From Vicugna vicugna (lineage: Eukaryota), in NCBI GenBank assembly GCA_013265495.1, contig MU057887.1, forward strand, positions 4,243,668 through 4,307,667: 64,000 nt of DNA, written 5' to 3'. The notes under the pieces were generated by a model. It saw only the letters and a list, made by a program, of their open reading frames with translations, did no database searches and had not been told where the DNA came from. The position numbers and the translations under genes were made by a program. How positions within the stretch are numbered: the stretch's first letter is position 1; every line of letters starts with the position of its first letter. Below, piece after piece: positions 36,250 to 47,458 of the stretch.

Positions 36250-36987
36250 ACAGATGAGCCTTTGTAGGGACATGTTCTTATGGGGTAAGTATTCAGAAGT
36301 GGAAGAGGGGGTATAGCTCAGTGGTAGAGCATTGGACTGCAGAAGCAGAATGGCTGGCTTGTATAGGAGGGCACATCCCCAAACCCTCAGTGCAATCAAC
36401 ATGGTGAACATACCCACCACTCCCAAAAGCTCCTTGTGGCACTTTGTAGTCCCCGCCCCTCCGCCCAAGGCAACCTCTGATCTGCTTTCTCTCACCATGA
36501 AGTTTGCATTTTTAAAAATTTTAAATTAAAGGAATCACACATCAAGTACTTTTTTTTAAGTCTAGCTTCCTTCACTGAGCATAATCATTTTGAGATTCAT
36601 CTATATGGAAGTGTGTTCAGCAGTTAGTTTATTTTTATTGCTGAGTATTTCATCATACGGCTATACCACTATTTTTCTATTCACTGTTGATGTTTGGTTA
36701 TGTTACAAATAAAGCAGCTATGAGCATTCATATACAAGGCTTTGTATGGACATATGCATTCATATCTCTTAGCCGAATAACTATTGTGGAATGGCTGGGT
36801 CATATGATAGGTGTACGTTTAGTATTTTTAAAAGCTGCCAAAGTGTTTTTCAAAATGGTTGAAACTTTTCACACTCCCACCCACAGTGTATGAGAGTTCC
36901 AGGCCTCTAGTCCCTCACCAGCACCTGGCATGGTCAGTCTACTTTTAGTCATTCTGGTAGGTGTGTGGTAATATTTCACTTGTGGAG
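36250..36987 (-). mobile_element. L1 3'-region fragments (antisense); the element resumes at about 43220
   Basis: acaaataaagcagctatgagcattcatatacaag...cactcccacccacagtgtatgagagttcc...gtgtgtggtaatatttcacttgtgg. Confidence 0.8.
36307..36343 (+). pseudogene. Tailless retropseudogene of the tRNA-Cys(GCA) 5' half
   Basis: gggggtatagctcagtggtagagcattggactgcaga matches recalled tRNA-Cys nt 1-37 with one mismatch; stops just after the GCA anticodon; no B box or A-tail. Confidence 0.8.
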
Positions 36988-37372
36988 TTTTTTCCATAAA
37001 CAAATGTAGTTATGACTAAGTTTACAGCATTCTGAAAGAACACATTTCAGATTTCTTATCGGCGGTGTAACAGGGCAGTAACTTGATAGTAACAAAATGC
37101 GGAAGGACACCTAGGGGAAAAGAGGTAGGCAGAAAGAAAGAAGCATGAAATAAATGTATCTGAGCAGACTTTGGATTTTTCAAGCATCACAGACATCAGT
37201 GGAAAGCAGAAAGAAATACCAACAGCAGTTCATAGAACAACTTCTCCACTGAACTGCAGCTCATGCCTCTGCTGCACTAATTCCAGAAGCAACCTGCTTA
37301 AGAAAAAGGAGGGCTATTTCCTATATAAAATACTCCACAATTTTCAGTCTCTTGGAACCTGTTTGCTGATGT

Positions 37373-37818
37373 TGTGAAGGAAAAGCCAGGCTGGGCCTAC
37401 TGGTAAATCCAAGTGTAACAAGTGTCAGTCAGATCACTGATCTGAGTTCTGCTGGGCTAACTCGTAAACCTAAGTTAATAAGTGCTGGTTTGCTGATTCT
37501 CTGCTCATTTTTTTTTTTTTTTTTTTTTTTTTTTCATTTGGATGGATTTTCAGAGAGACATATCTGGCCTTGGAATGTCAGTTTGCTACCTCCCTGCCTC
37601 TGCTTTTGTGATAATGATGCTGCTAAAGCTGTTCCGTGCCTATTGGCTGAATACCCCAAGCTTGCAATTAACCCTATAAAACCTCATGCACACATTTTGG
37701 AGGTGCTCAGAGCCTTGGAGCAGAAGCCCCTCTGAGCCCGCCTAATAAATCTGAGTACTCCAACCGCCCCCCCCCCCAGTGGTGCTTGTTTCTTGGCTGG
37801 CCTGTCATTTCCATAACA
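37373..37818 (+). mobile_element. Solo ERV LTR (class I-like)
   Basis: TG...CA ends, 4-bp TSD atgt (37369-37372 and 37819-37822), attgg then TATAAA (37675) and AATAAA (37744); internal poly-T run. Confidence 0.85.
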
Positions 37819-40800
37819 ATGTCACTACATTCAAATAACAGTACTTTAAAACAAAATTCTCAGATGTTTTATAATGCTATACATTCTTCAAGGTGAACAA
37901 AATTGTGTTCAGGTCTCAATTAATTTGCAGGTTAAATTAGAAATAACATCCAAGCAGGTCTTTGATCATCACACTCATGCGTCTATTACACAAAATAGAC
38001 AAAAGCTATTTTGTGAACTAAATTCTTCTAGATACGGAGCAAAACTCAAATGTTACACTCAGTACTCTTTATGATATCTTTCTTAACATGAGTCTTTAAA
38101 GTGTTGCATGGAACCTTAAAAAGCCATTTAGTGTTTCCCTTAATATTTAAATTCTTTATTTTCTTAAGAATAAAGATTTCAAATAGAAGACTTCATGACA
38201 ATTCCTGCCTAAGAAGTTCTTAATCTCAAACGTTTCACACTGCCTTTTAAAACAATGACTAAACAGATCCTTATTCCCTCTTGTTCTGTCCTCACAGGAG
38301 ATGGAGAACAACTAATCACATTACTTCTTACTTTGAATCCTTTAATCAAAGTCCCAATAACTTAAAACTTAATAAACCACGTCAACAGCTTTTTCCTCCT
38401 CAGAGTAAAAGGATGTCAATTTTTTAAACTTTTTCTCAGAGGTCTTATTTTACAATCTGTATTTTATTCCTTCTTATTTCTGCTGCTGCAGCTCCTGCGT
38501 GCCCACGGGGCCCTAAGACAGCACACTAGCAGGAGCTGAGTTAGTAAAAGGGATGCTTTTTCCCACCTCCTAGTTCTCACAGAACTAGGCTTCTGTTAAA
38601 TTATTGCTAATAAAGAAAAACAGCTGACTCACTTCCTGCTCATCATAATAACAAATAAACACAAGTCAGCAACTTGGCCACAGTCAGTTTACTCCCTACT
38701 TTTGGAGGGCAGGTAGGTTTGTCCTTCGCAGGAAGCGTTTCCTGTGAGGCCTCACTGACCTTCTGTTGCTTGTCTGCACTTTTAGTTTCCAGTGTGTGCT
38801 TTGGCCTTGCCCCACTTGTTTTTCCCTTTTCCCCAAACTCTAGAAAATTTGAGTTTTGATCTGCATGCTCAAGAAGCATTCATTCATTTCCATGATATCA
38901 TTCCTCGTGGAAAAGATAAACAACATGGAGTCCAAGGCTGAAACTTACTGGCTAGTAGCACTGGAGTCTCTTCTGGCTGGCTCGGGTGATCGCCGCGCTT
39001 TCTTGTCAGCCAGGTGTGGGGCTCCGCCAAGCTCTTGCTAAGCATCACTCAGGCTCAGAGCTTGGCTGGAACCAAGTGATTCCTCAGTCTACATACTTCG
39101 GGAATGTTTGTGAGATTCTGTTTTTGATTTTTTGATTTTTAAATTTTTGAGATAAGAATCCAAGCTTCAATAACTTTTTACCTTCATTAAGATGTTAAAT
39201 AGTAAATATTGCATTATATTAAAGCACTCAGATAAAACTGTTTTCTTCATGTAGAATGACACTGAGGACATGGATTAGTGACCATGAATGGGCTGTCACA
39301 CCATTCAGCTCCCCTTTGTTCTTCAGGCACCAGAACACAGATACTCAAGCCAAATACACATACTTTTCATATGTAGAGTATTGATCATACCTTTTGGAAA
39401 AATAAAGGCTATTTCCTAAATGACGATCTACATCCTTAAAAACAAGTAAAACAAACAAACAAAAAAAACCCCTACATATTTCTCCAGTGCAAAGCCTTTG
39501 AAAACAAATGCATTCCAAACAGTGGTGCTCTGCATTTAGCTGGCTGTCCACTGTCTAAGTCACACAAGACCCAGCTGTCGGAAAGTAAGGGAGGAACAAA
39601 TTGGCGATAGTGGAGACACAATGACTAGAAAGTTATATTTAGATTATACGCATTCAGCCAAATGTTACCTGCAACAAACAGAACCATGATTTATGAGCAT
39701 TCTAATCAGTTCAAACTTTGTGTTATTATCATTATTATTGTAGAAAATAAGCTCTCTAGTGCCGCTGCCCTCCCCCACAGGCAGTCTGCTTGGGGTGGTC
39801 ACATTCAAGGCCTTGAGATCGCTGCCTCTTCACTACACCACGTGCGTTTCAGTGCTTTGTGAAACACAGGGCAGAATACACTTTGAAAAGATTAAACAGC
39901 ACTTCTCTACTAAGTTATTATTCGGAAGACCACAGAGTCTAGCAAAAATGACCTTCCAAGTTTTTTTCCACATTAAAACTAATATACGGTTCTCATACGA
40001 TCAGAAATTCTGTAGAGGTCAGCAAGATGTTAGAATAAACTGGAATTTTAGTGTTTCATAACACCCCAAATCTGTTTGTTTTATATCTTAATAACAGCAT
40101 AATAAATCTACTTACAAAAATATAATTCAGAAGTTGGACTTCTAAATAAATTCAGAGCGCCTTTTTCAGTTCAGATTTTTTTCCCCGTAAACCAGCAAAC
40201 CCATTTGATGTAGAGGGAAGTACCTACACAGCAGGAAAATCTTCTCCAGTCTAAACATCAGCTGATTAAATCCCACCCAGTGCAGGAGCACCAGACACTG
40301 AGAAGGTATCCAGAAATTCGACAAGAACAAAGCCACTGGGAGTGTTGCCTACTGTTTAATGTTCAGTACATGCTAGGATTTTTCATGCATACCATAAATG
40401 TATGCTGCACTAAGAGCATCTTTAAGAGAGGTGCTGAAACTACACATTGAAATGCTAAATGCCCTATTTCAAATTTTCTAATTTGGAAGTAAATACTGGT
40501 GACATAACAACATGCTTCCACTGTGATCTGGGAACAGTGTCGTGTTCTTGCCAATTTAACGGGTTAATTCCCTTAACTAACTCTACAATTAAATACATGA
40601 CACATGCCTTTAAAAAATGTGCTATACACAACTACAAGACTCTGGAACTAAGCTTAATCATATTTTAATTAGAAAACTCACTTTTGTATTGCTATGTTTT
40701 TGTTAAAGGAAGAATAACATGTTGCTATGATACTTTGAGTGTAATGACTTTTGTTTGAGATTACGAAAATTTTGAATAATTTCCCCCAGACCATTTCATT

Positions 40801-41028
40801 TCAAATTTATACAGTTTGCTTAGTCAGCTAACCAAAATACAAGACAACGAAGGGACTAAAGACACTTGGCAGATGAGGTGGAGACAGCGCCACCGCAAGT
40901 CCACTGGTCGCTTTCTTGGTGGCTCTGTTCCCTGTGCCCGTGAGAGCAAGGAGGTCAGGTGAACGAACGCCTTCATAGGCACCGGGTCAGTCCACTCCTA
41001 CTTGACTTAAGAAAATTTTTAATCAGAG

Positions 41029-41431
41029 TGATGACGTAAAATTCATATTTCATGGCAAGACAGGAAAAAATTAAACATACAATTTTTCTCTGCCTGTTTG
41101 GGCCTCGTCCTTCTCCTTTCGCGTGCACCGTGCATCTGTGTTAACCAGACCTCCTTAGGAGAGAACCTTCCTTCTTAGCCTTGTAAGGAGTCTTGACGGC
41201 CCACTACTGGCTTTTTATATACACAGAACTGGGCTGTGTAAGCTGTCAATATATTATTTGATATATCACCCTTTGTCTCAAAAGAGTATATATAACTGTT
41301 CTTTGAACTCTAACAGGTGCAACAGTCCTCAGAGCTTTCTGAAGGTCTATCTCCCAGGCTATAATCCTCAGGTTGGCTTGAACAGAGTTTCCCATTTCTT
41401 TCTTGGGCCAACTATGATGACTTTTTCATCA
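41029..41431 (+). mobile_element. Solo ERV LTR interrupting the PGM2L1 pseudogene C-terminus
   Basis: Terminal inverted repeat tgatga...tcatca, TATA-like gtatatataa near 41286, PGM2L1 homology on both sides; TSD not resolved. Confidence 0.7.
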
Positions 41432-43064
41432 GCAAGTGCTTTGGTGAGTGCCTTTCGATTCTTCCTGTAAGGCAGTGTCGCTCTGGTCAGGTGATGTGCA
41501 CATCTCTGTACAGAGCTCTATCTTTGGTTCTGTCCCACTTGTCTGAGGAGCAGCAACACAGCCAGTTTTAAAAAGTAAATATAATCTTTGGGTTATCTTT
41601 AGCTCACAGGCCGCACTGATGCCTCATTCGATTGTCTGCTGTCCTCTTCAGAGATAATGTCCCGTGTATGCAATGTAACAGTGATCTCACAAAAATTTGG
41701 GTATTCTTTAGGAGAATCAAAGTTGTGAAGCCTTTCAAATATATTTTTGTTGGTAGTTGGATCATAACACAAGAAATATGAAGCTTTTGAAAGATGATAA
41801 TCCAGCCTCAATCAGTTGCTGGCCCAGTGCTCTGTCCATGGTTTCTAGTTAAGACATCATCTCAGCAACAACAGTGGCTGTGCTCACCCCATCTTTATTC
41901 AAAGGCGAAGTTCCACACAGAAAACCAAGGGACTCTTTAAGTGCAAAAATGACTTCTTCTACATTTTCCAGGTCTTTTATTCTACTCCAATCCATTTAAA
42001 ATCTGGTAATGTTTCTTCAAACTAAAATCCTTCTTTACATGCAGTTGGACTCAACATTTTGGAAGAGACTGTGAGGGCTAACATATAAACATTACTCACA
42101 TCAGCATTTCTTGATTTATTTTTTCTTCCAACAATTAAATATCCACCCTACCAAACAAAGCTGCCAGTTCATTCCCAGTGGAAACTTTGCGTTGACCATC
42201 CTCCTGCAGTCCTGCCATTGCCATTGGTCTGCACCAGGATCTGTGACTTGCACAACCTGAAGATTTTCTTTCTCGGCCAGTCTCAGAGAAAGTTCCAGCA
42301 CTTTTCAGAAGAAGAAAGGTCCTTCTTCATATTTGGGCATGTATTGGCAGAAAAGTCTGGATCAAGATCTTTCTGTTCTGGTAATGGAATTGGAGGCTTA
42401 AAACCCAAACACCTGAAAAGCCAATCTCACACAGTCATGACCCCGTGAAAAGAAATATACACAAATTTCAAGGTGGTCTTGGGGTTTGATTCCCCGTGAA
42501 AACAGGTCTTTCCCAGTTCTTCCACGTTTCTCCTCCAGTAGGTCAGCATCCACCAAATTATCATTCCAGGAACCATGCCAGGGTTCCACACAGTCTTCTA
42601 TACGTTTCAGACTTTCTTTGTCATGAGGAGATGTGGCCTAAACACCAGTTTCCCAAACCGTGTCTGGTGTCTTCCTTGCAGTTGTGAGAGGCAGTAATTA
42701 TCACCCCTGCAACTATTTTGAGTTCCTGGACTGCATATGATAGAAAAGGTGTAGGAACTTATCTTGAAAAAATGTGCACAAGAACATCTTTAGCCAACAA
42801 GTCTCTGGCTGCTGCGGCTGCTAGTTACTTGACCTGAGCCATCGCACTCAAGATAAAGTTTCTCTGTGTGAAGTCTGAGAAACATCTCTCTAGGTATCTG
42901 TGGATCCTCTGTGTTGATTGTGTAATAAGCAAGGTAATAAAGCAAAACCCCTCCACCAGGGCAGAACCAAGTCCTGCAGTTCTAAAAGTCATTCAGCAAC
43001 AAAGAAACTCTTCCATTGTCCCATTCAGTAACAGATTTTCACATTGCTCTTTCATTTTGGGATT

Positions 43065-43218
43065 GCTTACCGGCTTATTAGAAAGGATACAACTAAAGAA
43101 CAGCCAAAGGGAATTGATGAACAGGGCAAGGTGTGCCGGGGAGTGGGTCATGGAGCTTCCCTGCCCTCTCTGGGCCCACCACTCTCCAGGACACGTTTAC
43201 GAGTTCCCCAGCTGGAAA
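43065..43218 (-). mobile_element. MER21-like LTR segment
   Basis: Minus strand: gcccagagagggcagggaagctccatg...accttgccctg...ggctgttctttagttgtatcctttctaataagccggtaagc, similar to recalled MER21 consensus. Confidence 0.75.
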
Positions 43219-43219
43219 T

Positions 43220-46200
43220 GGAGTGGTTTTAGTTTACATTTCCCTAGTGGCTATGATGTTAATCACCCTGCCATGTGCTGATTATCATCCATACATCTTC
43301 TTTGGTGGTCTGTTCAAATCTTTTGCCTCTTAAATTTTTGTTTGTTTGTTTCTTTTATAGAGTTTTGAGAGTTCTTTTTGTTTGTTAAACATAAGTCCTT
43401 CATCAGGTATATGCTCTGTAAACATTTTCTACCAGTCAGAGACTTGTCTTTTAATTCTGTAGTGTCTTTTGAAGTACAGAAGCTTTCAATTTTGAAGTAA
43501 AGTTAATCAGTGTGTTCTATTATACATCATGCTTTTAGTGTCATAGCTAAGAAATGACACCAATTAAGAAATCCTTAACCCAAGGCCGCAAGTGTTTTCT
43601 TGTATGTTTTCCTGGAGAAGTTGTAGAGTTTTAAGTTTTACATTTAGGTCTATGATCAATCTTGAGCTCATTTTTGTATATGGTATGAGCTATGGATTGA
43701 AGTTCATTTTTTGTATATGGATAGTCGATTGTTTTAGCACCGTATGTTGAAAAGACTCTTCCTTCTCCACTAAATTGTCTTTGTGCTGCTGAAGCAAATC
43801 AGTTGTTCATATACGTATGGCTCTACCTTTGAGCTCTGTGTTGTTCTTTTGATCTATTTGTCTATATTGGCATAGATACCACATTGTCTTACTATATGTA
43901 GCTTTACAATAAGTCTTGAAACTAGGTAATGTACATCTTCCAACTTCATTTTTCTTTTTCAAAGCTGTTTTGGCTTTTCTAGGTTCTTAGCATTTCCGTA
44001 TGAATTTTAGAATCAGCTTGTTAATTTCTTTTAAAAAAATTCCTGCTAGAGTTTTTATTGTGACTATGTTGAATCTGTAGATTACTCTGAGGAGATATGA
44101 CATCCTAACAATACTGATTCCTCTGAACTATAAACACAGTATACCTCTCCAATAAAACTTAGAACTTGTTTAATTTCCAACAACGTTTTATAGTTTTGAG
44201 TGTGTAGGTCTTTTGCATGTTTTGATACTATTGTAAATGGTACTTTTACTTAAAATTAAAAAAAAAATTTCAATTGTTCATTGTTAGCATATAGAAATAT
44301 AATTTTCTCTGTGTTAATTATGTATCCTGAAACCTTGTGGAACTCACTTATTAATTCTAGCAGTCTTGTTGTAGCTTCTATTGGGTTTCTACACAGAAAA
44401 GCAAGTCATCTGTGAATAAAAAGTTTTATCTATTTTTCCAGTCCAAATGCGTTTATTTCTTTGTCTTACTTCACTGGCCAGAACCTTCAGCACAGTGAAT
44501 GCAGGTAGTGAGAGAGGACTTTCTTGTCCTGGCCCTGATCTTAGGGGCATATAATTAAACAATTAAGCCTTTCACCATTAAGCATGATGTGAACAGTGAA
44601 GTTAACTGTTAAGTATAATGTTTTTCACAGATATTCTTTATTAGGCTGAAGATGTTCCCTTTCATATCTACTTTGTTAAGAGGTTTTTACTTATTTATTT
44701 TTAATATAAAGAGAAAATGTCGTATTTTGGCAGAAGCTTTTTCTGTGTCTATTGAGATGGTCCTATAGTTTTTCTGTCTTCGTTAATCTGGTGAATTATA
44801 CTCCTTTCTCTTAAAAAAGAAAAACAACCCTTTTATTTCAGAGTAATTTTAGATTTACAGAAAAGTTGCAGAGTAGTATAAGGGACCCACATGCCCCTCA
44901 CCCAGTTTCAGTTTCCTGCATTGTTAACATTGTGCATTACTATGGTACGTATATCAAAATCAAGGTGTCAACGTTGGCACGTTGCTATTAGCCAAACTTC
45001 AGACTTTATTTGGATTTCACCAGTTTCCCATTACTTTTCTTTTTCTGTTGCAAAATCTAATCCAGAACCTCATTGCTTCTATTTGTCAGATTTTTGTCTC
45101 TTCTGTTTGGTGACAGTTACTTAATGCTTTTTTGCTTTTTTCTGACCTTGACAGTTTTGAGGAATGTGGGTCAGATATTTTGTAGAATGTCCTTCGATTT
45201 GAATTGTCTGTTAATTTTCCTCATGATTTTGTTGGGATTATGAGTTTTTGGAAAGAATCACACAGAGATGAAGTGTCCTCATCACATCCTATTAGGGGGT
45301 CCACGACATTACAGGACAACAGTGATATGAACCTTGATCGCTTGGTATTATGTTCCTGGTTTCTTCACTATTTCCTTTTCATACTCTATTCTTCGGAAGT
45401 GAAATGCTCAGTCTAGCCCACCCTCTGTGGTTGTGGTGGTGAAGTGTCAGCTCCCACAGGGTGCAGTACCTAACTATATTATCAGGAATTCTTCTGTAGG
45501 GGAGATTCATCTCTTCTCCCCTCTTTACTTATTCTAGTAGTGTAGCCCCACATTTATTTAGTTCATAATTTGGATTACAATCCAATATCACATTATTTAA
45601 TTTGTTGCTCATATTATTCTCTCTTTAGTCATCCGGAGCCCTTTAATGTTCGCACCCTTTCGTGCGGCCCCATCAGTTAATGTTTTGAATACATCTTACT
45701 TTCTAATACTACAAGGTGCTCCAGGCTCATTTGTATTTTCCTTGCCTCGGTCCTGGAATTGGCCATTTCTTCAAGGTGACCTAATTCCTTTTATTGGAGA
45801 ATAGGGTATTTAGAAACCAAAATCTGGACCCTGGGCTTGCTCATTGCTACTGGGATGTCACTGTCTTTAGGCCCTCTAAGTGAGGTAAGATGAAGCCAGG
45901 TATATATCTTAACCTATGTATACATGCATATCTATTATTGTTTCTGTACCTATCCATTTGCATTTCTTTCTTTCTTCCTTCCTTCCCTTCCCTTCCCTTT
46001 TTTCACAAATGGAGGTGCTGGAAATTGAACCAAGAACTTCGTGCATGCTCAGCATGCAGTCTAACAACTGAACTATCCCCCACTCCCTCCAACTTTAATT
46101 TGGTATCAGAGTTCATTTGATTCTTCCCCTTTTTGTTTATATTGAATAAGAATAATTTTTGAATGTTTAACTGACATTGCTTTCATGGAATAAATTCCAC

Positions 46201-47110
46201 TATGATTATAAAGTTTTATATTTTTCACATATGCTGGATTTATTTTGCTAACATCTTTAAGAAGTGCATTTGTGTTCATGAAGCACAGTTTCCTTTCCAT
46301 GTAATAGCGTTGTGTTAATCTTGCTATCAAGAGAATTCTGGCCACATAAAATAATTTGTGGAGTATGTCCTATGCTCCAGTTTTCTAGAAGAGTTTGTGT
46401 AAAATTGGTATTATTTTTTCCTTGAATGTTTGGTAGAATTTACCAGTGAAGCTAACTGGGCCTGGAGTTCATTTTGTGAGAGGTAGGTAATTGAGAATTC
46501 AATGTCTTTAATAGGTCATCTGTCTTCTTGAATGAGCTTTGGGAAGCTTTACCTTTCAAAGAATTTATCCATTTCATCTAATTAGTCAAATTTACAGGCA
46601 TAAAGTTGTTCATAGTATTCCTTTGTTATCCTAATGATTGCCTATCTGCTGTGTTTGTAATGATGTTATCACAAGCACAGCAAATACTTCTAACATTTTC
46701 CTAATTCCTGATATTGGTAATTTTAATCTTTTTTTTTAATCCTTGATTAGTCTGTTTAGAGAATAACCCGGGTTTATTTATCTTCTCAAAGAAGCTTTTG
46801 ATTTCAGTCTTTTTTTTTTAATTTCATTGATTTCTTCTCTGATCTTTATTTGTTCCTTTCTTCTACTTACTTGGGTTTAATTTATTTTTCTTTTTCTAAT
46901 TTCTTAAGGTGGAAGCTGAGGTCATTGATTTGAAATCTTTCTTCTGTTCTATTATAGATATTTAACACTAAATTTCTCCCTAAATATTTCTTTAGTGACA
47001 TCCCACACATTTTTATATGTTGCGTTTTCATTTCTATTTGGTTCAAAATCCTAATTTCCCTTTTGATATCATATTTGACCCATGGATTATTTAGAAGCAT
47101 ATTGTTAGTT
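43220..47110 (-). mobile_element. Antisense L1 (L1M) ORF2 remnants with nested L1 3'-end fragments
   Basis: Typical antisense ORF2 text (gttgaaaagactcttccttctccac, aattttagaatcagcttg, tggtagaatttaccagtgaagc); ORF 46882-47100 LLNNPWVKYDIKREI...INDLSFHLKKLEKE. Confidence 0.85.
46005..46090 (-). mobile_element. tRNA-derived SINE (Vic-1-like), diverged
   Basis: ggaggtgctggaaattgaaccaagaacttcgtgcatgctcagcatgcagtctaacaactgaactatccccc. Confidence 0.8.
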
Positions 47111-47458
47111 ACAAATACTATATTATTCCACTTATATGAGTTATCTGGAATAGGAACTTCATAGAGACCAAATGTAGAATAAAGGTTACTAGTGCCCAGG
47201 GGTGGGCAGAATGGGGAGCTACTGCTTCATGGTTGGAGTTTCTGTTTGGGATCACGAAGATGTTCTGGAATTGACAGTGGCGATGGTTACATATGCGTGC
47301 TCTTAATGCCACTGAATTGTACACTTAAAAAGTGGTTAAAATGATAAGCTACGTTGTTTATGCTTAAACAAAAGTGAAAAAAGTTACTCTATTAAAAAAT
47401 CAACTAAATCCAAAAGAATGCAGGAATGGTGAAAAAGAGGGACAGAAAAGTATAAGAC

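Larger units (their letters stand above)
36988..43218 (-). pseudogene. PGM2L1: PGM2L1 processed pseudogene: MER21-like 5' segment, decayed CDS 43064-40973 and inferred long 3'UTR
   Basis: Intronless minus-strand homology: NPKMKEQCENLLLNG, VPTPFLSYAVQELKIVAGVIITASHN (TASHN at 42681-42695), EPWHGSWNDNLVD, LELSLRLAEKEN..TDPGAD, YHLSKASYFLCY..FERLHNFDSPKEYP, SGTEPKI, LIKNFLKSSRSGL. Many stops and frameshifts. The 3' boundary is inferred from the split host L1. Confidence 0.9.

Noticed and set aside
40973..43064. PGM2L1 copy as a functional retrogene
   Set aside because: Multiple stops, frameshifts, deletions and an LTR insertion.
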